Below the pieces are notes generated by a model that was not told the DNA's origin, did not search any database, and saw only the letters and a list, made by a program, of their open reading frames with translations. A stretch of DNA of 64,000 nucleotides. It comes from Trichosphaerium sp. ATCC 40318. Taxonomy: Eukaryota > Protista > Tubulinea. The stretch is from the NCBI GenBank assembly GCA_038496445.1, contig JALMLS010000578.1:434001-498000 (forward strand), read 5' to 3'. The first letter of the stretch is position 1. The number at the start of each line of letters is the position of its first letter. Below, in pieces: positions 11,801-24,112 of the stretch. The position numbers were made by a program, and so were the translations under genes.

Positions 11801-14800
11801 TTTCATCTATAGCATGCTCTCTGGCGAAATTCAAATCATCGACTCTCTTTCTAGTTGCAATCTCAATATCTCTTTCTTCAAGAGACATAACTCTGTCTAC
11901 TTCGTTAGTACTAATAATACGCTCTCCAGCTTCTTCACCGAGTTCATGCTATAAAAAGGAACCTCCAGTGAGTAATACGTTCGGAGAGAGAGAAAAAAGG
12001 AACAAAAAAGAACTTACAGTTATAGCAATTCTAGCTTCAGCTGCTTGTTGGCTTTTAACCTCAAGATTGTCTTTGAGCGTTTGCTTGGTATCAAGTAGTT
12101 CTACACTACCATCTGGGTTTCTGAACTTCATCTTCTCAGGTAAATAACCTGAAGAAGCAGCAAGACTCATTGCAAGATCTTCATCAAGTTGTTCCTTGTC
12201 CTCAGGATTTTCCTTTTGAAAAAAAAAATTAGCAAAAAAAAAAAACTTCGAGAAAAAAACAAAAAAATGTTTAACGACGACATACAGCTGCAGCGACACC
12301 AGATTCTCTGTACATGTTCCAAAGTATCTCGTATTTCTCTGCAGATGTGAGAGGCTTAGCATCCTATTTAAAAAGCAAGGTCAGTACACCATACACAAAG
12401 AAAAAATCTGTTTGTTTCACATTTCATATTTCTTGTATCAACGCCGATCGTACCTTTGACTTTTCAGCAAATATCCTGATGTGATCACCTTCTTCTGGGT
12501 CTTCCATAAAACGTAGTGTTTTCTCAAGGTCTTCAGGAGTAGAGATATCACCCAAATTCTTCATGAGGTCACTCTGCTTAGCGTACTTTACGCGATATCC
12601 AGCCTTAGGTAAGTTTCTAACAATAGCTTCGTTATCCATTACGGCGGTTTGTTTAGCTTCGAATGCATCAAGTTTAGATTGTAAGAACGTTTCACCAGCC
12701 TCATCTCTATCTAATTGGTCAGGATCGTTAACCCTTTTTTGAATAAACTCCAAGAGTTTCTGTTCGGTATAAGAAAACTCATCATCCTCAACAGGTTCCG
12801 GAGCAGATGTTTTCTGTTTCTCAAGCTCAGCTGCATGTAATTCTGCAAGGACTTTTTCAATCTTCTCAGGAGCCATGCCTTTAGCACGGTACTAAACAAA
12901 TAAAGGTTAGTACGACAACCAAAAGGAGAAAAAACAAGCACAAAACCAAAAAAAAAAAAAGAAAACAACGAAAGAAAGAAAAAAAGAAAAAAAAAGAAAC
13001 TTATTATGTACCTTCTCTGCGAGAACCTCCTCTTGGTAAACATCACGAACACGAAGCTCTTGTATTGTTGTTTCATCATGTACTTGTTGAACAATACGAG
13101 CCTCTTCATCAGGAAGACGTTTAACAAAGTTATCAATTTCTTTATCATAAACTGCTCTTTCCTCTTTTTCAAGCTTTTCTTCCTCTTCGTTTGTAACAAC
13201 TCGTCTTTCTTTAATCTCTTCAGACTTCATTTGGTTCGTAATAATAGAATCAATGAGCAACGTTGATAGTGTTGTGCTTTGTTCATGTGCAGTTATAATA
13301 TCTACATTCTCTTTACCTTCAAGTTCAGATAGGATTTCCATTTGTCTCTCGTTAAAAACAAACATTTCTCCGCGCATTATAGCCGCTTTAAAAGATTGAA
13401 ACGAGTTTCTGCTTGGTTCATAGTGTGCGACATCTGTGCCCTCACCAATATAATACTGTTGTAATGCTCTTTGCCTGTATTGTGGCTCATTATTCTTGGC
13501 AATCTCTGCAGCAGCCTTAAGATCAGTCAAAGGTCCTGCAAGACCTTTTACGAATGCTGTTTGTTTAGACATGATAGTAGGTTGTATTTTAATGCGAGCT
13601 TTCTCATCCAAATCGCTAGTATCAGCTAGCCTTGGATCAGCAATATCTTTTTCCATAGCTTCCTGTTCTTCTACTCCGATAGTATCAACATCATCATCAT
13701 CAAGTTGTACTTCAGTGAGCGTAGTGCTTTCGCTGCCTTCAGTTGATTGCAGAGTACTTTCTTCTGTGCCTTTAGCTGATGTAGAAACACCAACAGAGCC
13801 AAGAGCAGCTACAGGTTCCTCTATAGCCGCAACAGGGTTATCCTTAGATACGGAAGGAATGTCACCACTAGGATTTAGTGCCTGGGTTTCATCTACAGAT
13901 ATGTATCAGTAAAACGAAGGGAAAAAAAAACCAACAACATTTTTGAAAGAAAAACAAAAAATAACGTACCGACTGGTGCAAACTTTTCTGGATTTGCGAT
14001 ACGTTCTTGGTGTTGCTTGTAATACAACATTTGTATATTAGCACGTCTTTCAATTAATTCCCACTCTTCAGGAGTATAATCCTTTGCATTTAGAAGGACA
14101 TCTCTAGGATGAGCAACAAGTTTGACGTCTAGAAAGAGAAAAAAAGTAAGCACAAAGTCAAACCAAAGAAAAAGAAAAAAGAAAAGAAATAAAAGCAAAG
14201 AAAAGATGAACGTACTGTTCTTCTGGTATAGTATCCTGTTACCAAAAGCGTCTTGCTTGTATTTCGGCTCAGCACCTTCAAGGAAATCATCAAGACTGAG
14301 AGGTTCAACCTTATCAATGATTTCTTGATCTTCAGGCATAGAACGATCTCTAACAGCCTGAGTAGAGTCTACATAAGAAATAGAAGACTTCTTCAAACTC
14401 AAGTCCGTTGTGTTCACTTCTGGTCGCTTCTTTGGTGTGCCCTCAAAAGCTCCAACATCACCAAGTAGCTTTTGTGTATTAACATGCTCATCATAAAGCT
14501 CTTCCCACAAAGCTTGTTCTCTTTCCTCAGGATCTGCATCTTCTTTTACGAATTGCTCTTCAGCCAATTGAATAGCAATATGCTCTTGAGGTTTGCCTTT
14601 GTTCTCAATACCTTTGAGTGCCTTCTTAAGAAGACCATTCAGAATCTTCTTCCTTATTGATGATAACTTAGAGTTCTTTAATTCCTCGGTAGCATAATCG
14701 CGAAGTTCTTCGCTAGTCATAATCTTATAATCGGTACCAACAAGAACTCGATGTGTATCACTATAAATATACTTTGTAGTTCCTCTATCGAAGTGAATAC

Positions 14801-17800
14801 CAGCGCGTTTAGCAGTAACTTTAGGCATACTAACTGGCGCCGCATCTTCATGAACAACGCTCTCAATAGTCTTACCGACATGACGTAATTGTGAAGCAGT
14901 AGGTGGATTTGAAACATCGATGATATCGCGAATTGTTTTTTGTTCCAAAGCGCTTAAACCATCTTCATTGACAACATCTTGGTCAAATATAGTTTGATCG
15001 TCTTCTTCATTCTCTTGGAGATCATTCTCTTCACCAGGAACCTCTTCATCATCAAATCCGGCGAACTTATTGACTTCTCTCTCCATGTCATCGCACACTT
15101 CTTTTAATTGCTTGTACTTGTCTGAATCAAGTTCACCTGAATCTTCCATATCCTTAAGTTCCTTCTGAACCTTAGAGAACTCGCCAACAAGCTTAGCATG
15201 TTCCTTTTTCTTCAACTTATACTCAGGAGTATGTATACTCAATGATTCAAGTAGTTCTGGGTCTTCTACTGTATACTTTCCTTGTCTAATGGCTCTAGCA
15301 AGAAGTTTATCATTATGCTTATAATTCTCTCTGAAAAATCGAGGTTCTGTAAGAACAGGATGCATCTTATCTTTCTTATCGCGCCAATACGCTTCAACCT
15401 TACGTTGCGTATCAGACGTTATATCAGAGACTAAGCATCCTTTCCTCTCAGCTTCTTCTTCATAAGCTTTATTCCTCTCTAGCTCGTCCAAGTACTTATC
15501 AATACCGATACGTAAATCCATGTACTCTTCAAGTTGATCAGTCAAAAACTCGGTATCAGATGATACCATCTTATCAGCAGGTACGAGTTCTCTTTGTCGT
15601 TGTATTATATTAATAGCCTTTCCGTAATCCTCAGACATAACAGCTGCATGCATAGCTTGGAATGAGAGCGATGCGTTACGTATAGCAGCAGGTGTTTGGT
15701 CAAAGAGTTCGACAATATCGTCATAATCCATAACTAGGCTATCCAAGTTCTCCATAGGTTTAATCTCTTCAGGGAAAGCCATACCCCTCGAGTTATCAAC
15801 GTTCTTTAGGAAAAGCTCAATCTGCTCCTGAGCAAGGACATGCTCTCTAATGACACCTGAATCCATCTCTGTAGAATCAGGAAGACCGTCAAGTTGATAA
15901 GCGGGCAGGTTTGCTATAAAAAAAGATATTGTTAGAACTTAGTTCGAAAAAAAGAAAAAAAAAAGAGCGAGCCAGCAAAAAAAAAGTCTTTTGGACTTAC
16001 GATCATCTGGTTCGAAAACAACACGTTGTGGTGTTTCATCATAATATTCGGCTTCGCCTTCTTCGTTTTCTTCTTCTTCATTTTCGGCGAAATCGACTTC
16101 ATCGAGCTCAACAACAGGTTCATTGGACTCAACTGCTGTATCAGCCGTTTCAGCGGAATCAATTGCTGTGTCTGCCGTTTCAGCGGACTCAATTGCTGCG
16201 TCAGCCGTTTCAGCAAGAGATATCTCGTGATCTTCATCTTCTTCATCAAAGATTTCTTCATCAAAGATTTCTTCGCTAGGAGCTACCTGGTTTGAAATTA
16301 CCTCAGTAGCCTCAACAAGGTTCATATCAGGTTTTTCTACAGTGTTATGGAGACGTCTAAAATAAACAGTAAGAAAAAGAAGAAAAACAGAAAATAAATC
16401 GACAAAATAATCCAAAAAAAAAGAAAAAAAAGATAAACGGAAGAAAATAAAGTAAAACCACGTACGGATATAAACCTGCATCTGGACCAACATGTTTTGT
16501 CTTTTCGAATGATTCTATCAACTCTTGTTCAGTTTGTCTAAGAAACAAAAAATAAGATTAAAGTGACTACAACTCGCGAGAAGAGTAAAAGATGAAAAAA
16601 TTTAGAAGAAGAAAAAAACTTACGGATAGTCGCTTTCTCCGTGTTTACGAACAAAGGCACGAATTGTGGCTTTTGGATCTTTGCCAAGGTGTACACCAAC
16701 AACATCTCTTGCCTCATCAGGATTCGGTAGCTTGTGTAATGGAGTTGATTCGCGAATTGCTTTACCTTCAGCAATAGCACGTTGTAGAACTTCACGAGCT
16801 TCCTTGCTTTCAAAAACAACATCATCTTCAAAGAGATCTTCAGGAACAATATCAGAAGGAATCTTTGCGGCTCCCTTGAGCTGTATTGGCTTTCTATTAC
16901 TCTCAATCATATTCGAGATAATCTCAGCATCAGGGTCGAGAATTTCTGGGTCTTGATTTGCTTCAACAACATTGCGCCTTGGTCCTTTCGCAAGGTCAGC
17001 TTTTTTTGCCTCCACCTTCTCTTTCATGACAGCATCGTATCCGATTGTTTTACTTGAGTGACTCGCAAAGTCGCTCTTCTGAAGTACAGACTCGACACAC
17101 TCTGGATCGTTTGCTTCTTGTTCCAGAACACGTTTAATAACACCTTCATCGACCTTGAAAGTATTACGCTTTTCGAATTCCATACGAGCCTCTTCAACAA
17201 TAAACTTCTCTGCTGTCTTCCTCGTTTGAATGAACAACTTGTATAGCTCTTCCATTGATTTAGGACGCTCTTGTTCATGCTCATAGCGTTTATATTCGGT
17301 TGCAACTGTTCTAAACTCTTCAGGAGTAAGTTCCTCGCTTGCAGCCTTGTTAAGGATTCGCTTAATCTCAGCGACTTCTTGTGTCTTGCCGTCCTTCTCA
17401 TGTCCAGCAATAATATCGCCCATAGCATCTTTCATTTTCTTACTGTGAAGCTCAGGAACAAAGAGGTTTTTGACAACAGATTGTTCATCAAGAGGCAAGT
17501 TTTGTCCACGTTTATGTTGTTCCATCAACAAAGATAATGCGTCTTCTCTTCCTGAAGTGATTATAGCTTCTTCTTCTTCATTAAGCTTTCCATCACGATA
17601 GACACGATCACATAGTTTAAGTAGATCAGCAGACTTTGTCTTATCACCTGCATCGCTTGCCATTTTGCTTAAAGTACGCAAAACAACAACACGTTCATTC
17701 TTCTCGCTCTCTTTACCCAATAAAGCAGAAGCCATAGCACGTGTAGTCATCTCCTTCAACTGAGCTTTCTTCTCAGCGAAAAAGTTTCGTTGTAATCTAT

Positions 17801-19607
17801 TTTCAATCTGAATATCAAGCTCTACTTTTGGTATAGCTTCAACACGTTGTTTCCTGTATTCAGATAGAATCATAGCACCATCTTCAGTAACAGCTTGAGG
17901 GTTTCCTTCCTTGCTAAGGTAATCAAGCTCCATAAGCTCACCATCTCGGTCTTTGTCATACTCGAGCTGACCTGCAATGTCATAGTTTGATGCAAATTTA
18001 CCAGTACTCTTATCGACACCAGTAACACCTCTTTCCATGAGGGCTTGAACCTCGAGCTCTGTGGCTAAGCCTTGGTCCACGAGCGAATCTGATACATCTC
18101 GTTCCTGTTCGTATATTCTAACATTTCTTGGGTCCATAGCTGGATCACGGTAACTGCCGTGTTTATCGTAGAATTCTTCAAGTTTTACGAGTTCATCAAA
18201 GAGTTCTGGGTATTTTTCTTTGTTCATGTTAGGTCGAGCTAGAACACGTTCTTCTGGAGTCATAGAATCTCTATGTTTCTTTTTCTGTATAACAGGAGCC
18301 TTCACATCTGGATGTTTAGCGAGAAGAGCTTCTTCGCGCTGACTTTCTTTTTTGTCGAGTAACTCGTAGTACTCCATCTTTCTATCGAACTTCTTACCTA
18401 GATATAACGGTTAGAAAGATCAATACGCAAGAAAAATAAAGAAAATCAATAAAAACTCGCTGATTTTGTTTTATAGCGTTGGTTTTTGTAGTATGAGCGC
18501 AAGCGCATTCAATAGAATAGTTTTGCGCTATCAGAAACGCGTTCAAAGGCATTCATAAAAATAATTTTTTTTGAAATTAAAAAGCGCGTACGCATTGCCG
18601 CATAAGCTGCAATTTCTTGTTTTTCGCCTAACTCGTCTTCATCGAAGTGCTCGCCAATCTCCTCTTCGTATCCGACTTCATCCAAATCATCATCGTCTAA
18701 CTCGTCTAACTCGTCTATAGGCTCAAGCTCGTTGTCCTGGCCTTCTTCGTTGTTGTCGTATAACGAATCTATAGCAGCGCCAAAACCAGCTGATTCATTT
18801 GTGTCACCAGTAGCGATTCCAGAAGGTGTATCAAACAGATCCTGGTGCAAAACGTAAGAAAGTAGAACCAAACAAAGAAAATTCTTTCTGAAGACTCTTT
18901 CTATCCAAAATACGCTCAAAAGAGTGGAAATTGGTAGAGATAGAGAGTTATTGAGCGAAAAGAAGCAAAAAAAAAAAAAAAAGGCGCATTCGAACGTACC
19001 ACTTCTTCTGGTGCTGAACCTAGTTGGGTTGCTGCGTCTTGTGAAAGCATATCCATATCATGCTCTGGAGGAGGTGTGTATGATGATACAAAATTTGTTT
19101 TTGGTTTGACTTTCACTTCAGGCTGTTTGTACTGTCCCAAGTCTCTACGTTCGGAGGCTTGCATAAAGTTTGATGCGTCACCAAACGCAGAAGTGACGAC
19201 TGGCCGCTTTGGTTGCTTCTTTTCGATCTTGCGTTGTTTTTTCGCTTTAACGAACTGTTGGAGGTCCTTAATAGTGGCAGACGGCTTGGTTGCGTGTAAG
19301 GTTGGAGCTTGTTCCTGTTCTGGCTCCTCCTCTTGCTCTACGGTCTCTGGTTCTTGCTCTTTCTTAGCTCCAGGCGTGAAATTTTTGAGCTTGGAGAAAA
19401 AGTCGCTCATAAAGCCAGACTTCTTTCCATCATCCTAGATTATCGTGTAAGAGCGTGGAAGCGAAACTTGGTCGTACTTTGGTTGCGTAGTGGCGATTGT
19501 GTATCCGTTGCGCCTTGGGGCGTACGCTAGCCCCTTGGCTCTTTTGTAGTGTGACTGCGCGCACTAACTTTGGGTTAGAACTAAAAACTATAATCTACCG
19601 TACGCAT
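5831..19607 (-). CDS. Giant (~3,800 aa) highly acidic orphan protein with a predicted mitochondrial presequence; about 23 introns
   Basis: The minus-strand ORF blocks join in frame across canonical GT-AG U-rich introns (most junctions checked). N-terminus MRT|CAVTLQKSQGASVRPKAQRIHNRHYATK|DDGKK; ends MMHWMKPENAAEM*. The start exon is less certain. Confidence 0.8.
16124..16276 (-). repeat. Short coding tandem repeats (AETADxAxxS x3; EEIFD x2 plus a partial copy) in the giant gene
   Basis: 30-nt and 15-nt direct repeats are visible in the DNA. Confidence 0.8.
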
Positions 19608-20212
19608 GGTTTATAAGTCTCAGTACTCCCTAGAATAAGGGAAACAGAAGCACAGAGATTTAAAAATTTGCTACCCGCTAAAAACACAATTAATAACGCG
19701 TAAATCGTAATTCTTTCTACCTGCGACAGCTTGAGTTCAGCCCTTTCGATATTGGCCCTGGTCAAGTAGAGTCAGGAAAACAGAAAAAAAAGTGGAAAAT
19801 TTACGAAGACAAAGCGCGCATGGTTTTTTTTTAGCCAACGACACCACTTTAGAGTGTATCGTCAGTGCGTTCAAGTATTCAAGCACTAGTGCAGTATTTA
19901 GCATCAACAAGCTGCTTATTTGCTTCGTCCGCGTTTGTCCGGCAGTTATGTGGCGATCACGCAGTAGTGACAACAGGAACACAGGTTTTGACAACTTTGA
20001 AGTTGTGGACGTTTCAGTCGCTACTGTATGTGGCCTTTCGCACTATGTAGCAAGCGTTTAACGCCAAAAAGAACTCACTAGTTAACTTTAAGACTTTTAC
20101 GAGCGCGCCTTCTATTCTGAGTGAGACTATCTACGTATTCATCGTTTTAAAGTACCTACCATTCACAAAGCGGAAAATTGTCACTTGTTCAACTTCAGTT
20201 TTATTGGTTTCC

Positions 20213-23200
20213 ATGACACCCACGTTAGCTGTTAAATCAGTATTAATACTATTACTCATCAATGTTGTTTGGGTACGTCAGAAAATAGCTAAAAGCATTT
20301 TTTGTAAACTCTTTTTGTTCCTTTTACAACCTTGCATACAATCCACGCTTGTTGTAATAGTGATGATCGCTTCCTAAAAACACACGTGATTAACATTTCA
20401 TGTAAAACAAGATAAACTAGGCTTATTCCAATCTACTATGCGTTTTTTCGTCTCAAATCGAGTGTTTCAGCAATGTTGTATGTTATTTATTGTTTATTCA
20501 TTGGTAGTAGGTTACTTTGGCTCAAGTCCCTTCAATTGCGCCGGTAGATACTCCATCAGCACCAATAGAACCAACTACGAATAGTACAATGCCAATTTCT
20601 CCTGTCTTTCCAACTACGAGCCCTGCAAGCGTATTGCCAGCGGCTCCATCGGCACCAGTCTCACCTTCTATGGCTCCTAGTGAACCTATCACACCTTCTG
20701 CTCCTACTACCTCGTCGCCTGTTGTCCCAGGAGAACCAATCACTCCAGCTTCTACCACTGTTCCTACACAATCTCCAAGCGAACCTATTATCCCAGCGGC
20801 GCCAGCGTCACCTGTCACTCCAGTGGAGCCAATCACACCTATCTCTCCTACTATACCAACAGAGCCTCCGTCGCAACCTACCAGCCCATTTGTTCCATCT
20901 ATTCCGCCTCCAGAGACACTGCATTGCTACATTTCTCCAACTGGATCATTCCTTGTACGCACTTCCAATTGTTGAGTACAATTAAATGTCTTTAGAATAA
21001 CGGTACCAAAGAATCTCCAAAGTTCTATATAGGAGACTGTGTAAAGACAATAGATAGTTCGCCAACACAGAAGACTTTTATCATTCACGTAGAAGGTAAG
21101 AGGACATACAATAAAACTCTTGTATTAGGGTGTATCAACAATTTCTTTAACTTTTTCTTTTGACAGGTGGTGTCTACAACTACACCAACACAAACTCTGC
21201 TCCTGTTAGTAGTCTTAATCTCATAGAGTTAATAATACAATCACAAGAAGTTGGTTCACAGAGACCTATATTCCAAGGCAAACGAGGTCTGGTAAGCATA
21301 GAAACGTACATAACAGAAACCAAATTGTTGCTGATTTATTATTATCTAGCATCTTTGTTTTGAACGATATGGATTTCCTCTTGTCTTTCAGAACATAGAA
21401 ATAAATATATTTAATCTATGTAGTACTAGTTCTGGTAGTATGGGTAAAGACACTTCAATCAACATCACTAATTGCGTAATCAATGAACGTTCGTACATTG
21501 AATTTTCCTTTTTTCTTTCTTAACTTTCGTTTAAGTGCAAATCGAGACTAATTTCCTCAAACTGTTGCATATCGAGAATTCTGAACTAAGTGGATCACTT
21601 ACATCAAGCACCGCGAAGTCCGATGCGATCATTATGAGTAACGTCAATACAAACAATGCACGCTTGGGTAAGTAATTGAGTTTTTTTCTTGATGTGTTTT
21701 TGATGTTTTATTTAGTTCAGAGTGTTGAAAACGTAGTATTCAATGACTGTAAGATAAACAATTCTACTATTACTCTCTCACAAGCTAACTGTATGTATTT
21801 GACTCGCATGGTATACCTCTAACAGTATTTACAGCGACCACGTTCCACTCAAATACCTTCACAAATTCTTCATTACAAGTAAGCTCTAAAGGAATAACTA
21901 TTGAGGAATGTACTTTTGATTCATTTGGTCCAAGTTCTTCTGTACGACATGTATTATATTCAGTCGATTATCTAACTTAAAAATTAAAGCCAGTACTTGC
22001 TGTTTCACAAATGGTTAAACTTTCAATCATAGATACAATGTTTCAAAACAACACGTACAAAATTTTGTCTAAAGTTTCCGTTTAAATTTGTTTTCTCTCT
22101 TTTTTCTTCGTTTATCTTCGTTCACTTATTTCCCTTGCTAGGCTATCTGCTATTAAAAACCAACAGACATTCTTCTCTACAGTAATGATTGATGGAAAAT
22201 TCTTTGGTAACCCAAGTAATAACAGTGCAATGATTGTTGGATGTAATTTTATAGATAACTTTATTGAATATAATGGAGAGCTCCATAGCGTTCCACCAAT
22301 AGGATCAAATGGTAAAAACATGGATTGGCCCAATGGAAGTGATGTATCTATACAAGTTACACCAACACCAAGTATACACAGAAGCTTGAAAACCAACTAC
22401 TAAAACGTTTGTCTTAGGTTGTGTTCCAGGAACAAGTGAACGCTTTTTGAATCAGTCTTGCCTTGTTTGCCCTGGTGGAACCGCTTCCTCAAATGGTACA
22501 AAGTGTATTGATTGCTCAGAAGGGCATTACTCCATAGAAGGTGCATCAATGTGTGATCCGTGCCCAATCGGACAATTCCAGAACGCAACGAAAGTATCCA
22601 GATTAGCTACTATTTCTTAGTATATTAACGCCTTGTAGTGGACAGACAACGTGCAACAAATGCGGTCCAGATCAAATAGCGCCTAATAATGCATCTGTTT
22701 CATGTACTCTATGTGAAGCAGGATATTTTACTACATCTAAAATATATTGTGTTGCATGCCCTGCTGGTGCGTTTCGTTGAATTTAGTTTATGAGTCCTTC
22801 ATTTCTTTTTATTTCAAATTTGACTGTTCAGAAGGTTTCCATTTTTAATTTTTTGTTATCGTGTGATTAGCTACGTGTACTATCCCATCTTGTGAGGGTA
22901 GATTGTAAAAAAAGTGGAAAAAAGAAAGGCGCTGTTTTCGAACTTCTTTTTTTTTTTGTTGGACTTTTCATTCTGGAAAGAAATTAGTGGTTTTACTGAT
23001 TGTATTTTAAGGATCTATGAAAAGAAGCGATAATGAATTATGTGTAAAATGTGACTGGTATGAAAATTCAAAAGAAGCATCAGTTGTATGTCACTGTACG
23101 TTACAAAACAAAAGAAGAGATGTGTAATTTTTCTTACTTTGTGTAGTTGGAAGCCCTCTTTTTTATGGTTTGGTTAGCGCATTTGTGGTTCTCCTTTCAC

Positions 23201-23313
23201 TCATACCCGTTGTTATCATAATTGTAATACTCTATAAACGACGTAAACCGGAAGGGGGTGGTGAGTACTCACCTGTTGACCAATCTTATTGGGAATCGGC
23301 TTATAAATCATAA
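20213..23313 (+). CDS. Type-I surface protein: signal peptide, P/T/S mucin-like region, probable beta-helix region, GCC2/GCC3 (ephrin-receptor-like) Cys repeats, TM helix, short tail
   Basis: Spliced N-terminus MTPTLAVKSVLILLLINVVW|VTLAQVPS; CLVCPGG, CIDCSEG, CDPCPIG, CTLCEAG repeats; TM FYGLVSAFVVLLSLIPVVIIIVILY followed by KRRK; tail with YSPV. Confidence 0.75.
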
Positions 23314-24112
23314 ATAAAACAATTTTCAACAAAAAAAATCCACTGTTGTCTGTTATTGTACGATGCAAGAATGTCTATCTTGGCACCAAAGATATTATAG
23401 CTCAGCGGGTGTAAGGTCATCATGAATACTAGAACTATTGAAACCTAATTGCTAGGTATATCAACTTTATTTCTCACGTACAGGATGCGATAAGACAAAC
23501 AGACAGTGGCTACCACTTTAACGTGACTGACATATCCTAACTAATACTATGTTTGTGTCGGTATTACGGTTGTTTGTCTTGGTACTCAATAAAGGTCAAG
23601 GCGCTCAAGCACAGTAAATCCAAGCCTTTACATAACCTCACCTGTAACATCATTCAATTCAACATACATACGATTCAATTTAGATCCAAACTGTTGTGAT
23701 AACAAAACACACCCACGTGTACACAAAACCATATTCTGAGATTACCATTGAATGGCTGTAACCCGTGTCCAAACGGTTAACACATTGTAGGGTAACCTCT
23801 TCATCTTGCGGTTCCGCCATAAATCATGTGTATTGGCTGTAATCTCTATATTTTGACGAGTTCAGTTAAGGAAACAATTTTACTAAGTCGTTGCTGGACA
23901 CAACTTAGTGTCTATCTGAAAAACCCAATGGGCGTATGACTTTAAATAAGACAAGAAAAAGTGCAACACAAGAAAAAGTACAAACCAAAGAAGCAGGTGG
24001 TACAAGACCGAGACACGAAAACTAACTTCCAAAAAAAAACATTGAAAAAAAAACATTGAAAAAAAAACGACAAAAATATGTATCTCAAAGTTTGTTCTTT
24101 TTTTTTTATTTC

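Noticed and set aside
6163-16500. Phe-rich 'transmembrane' tails on many ORFs in the track
   Set aside because: These are read-through translations of U-rich introns
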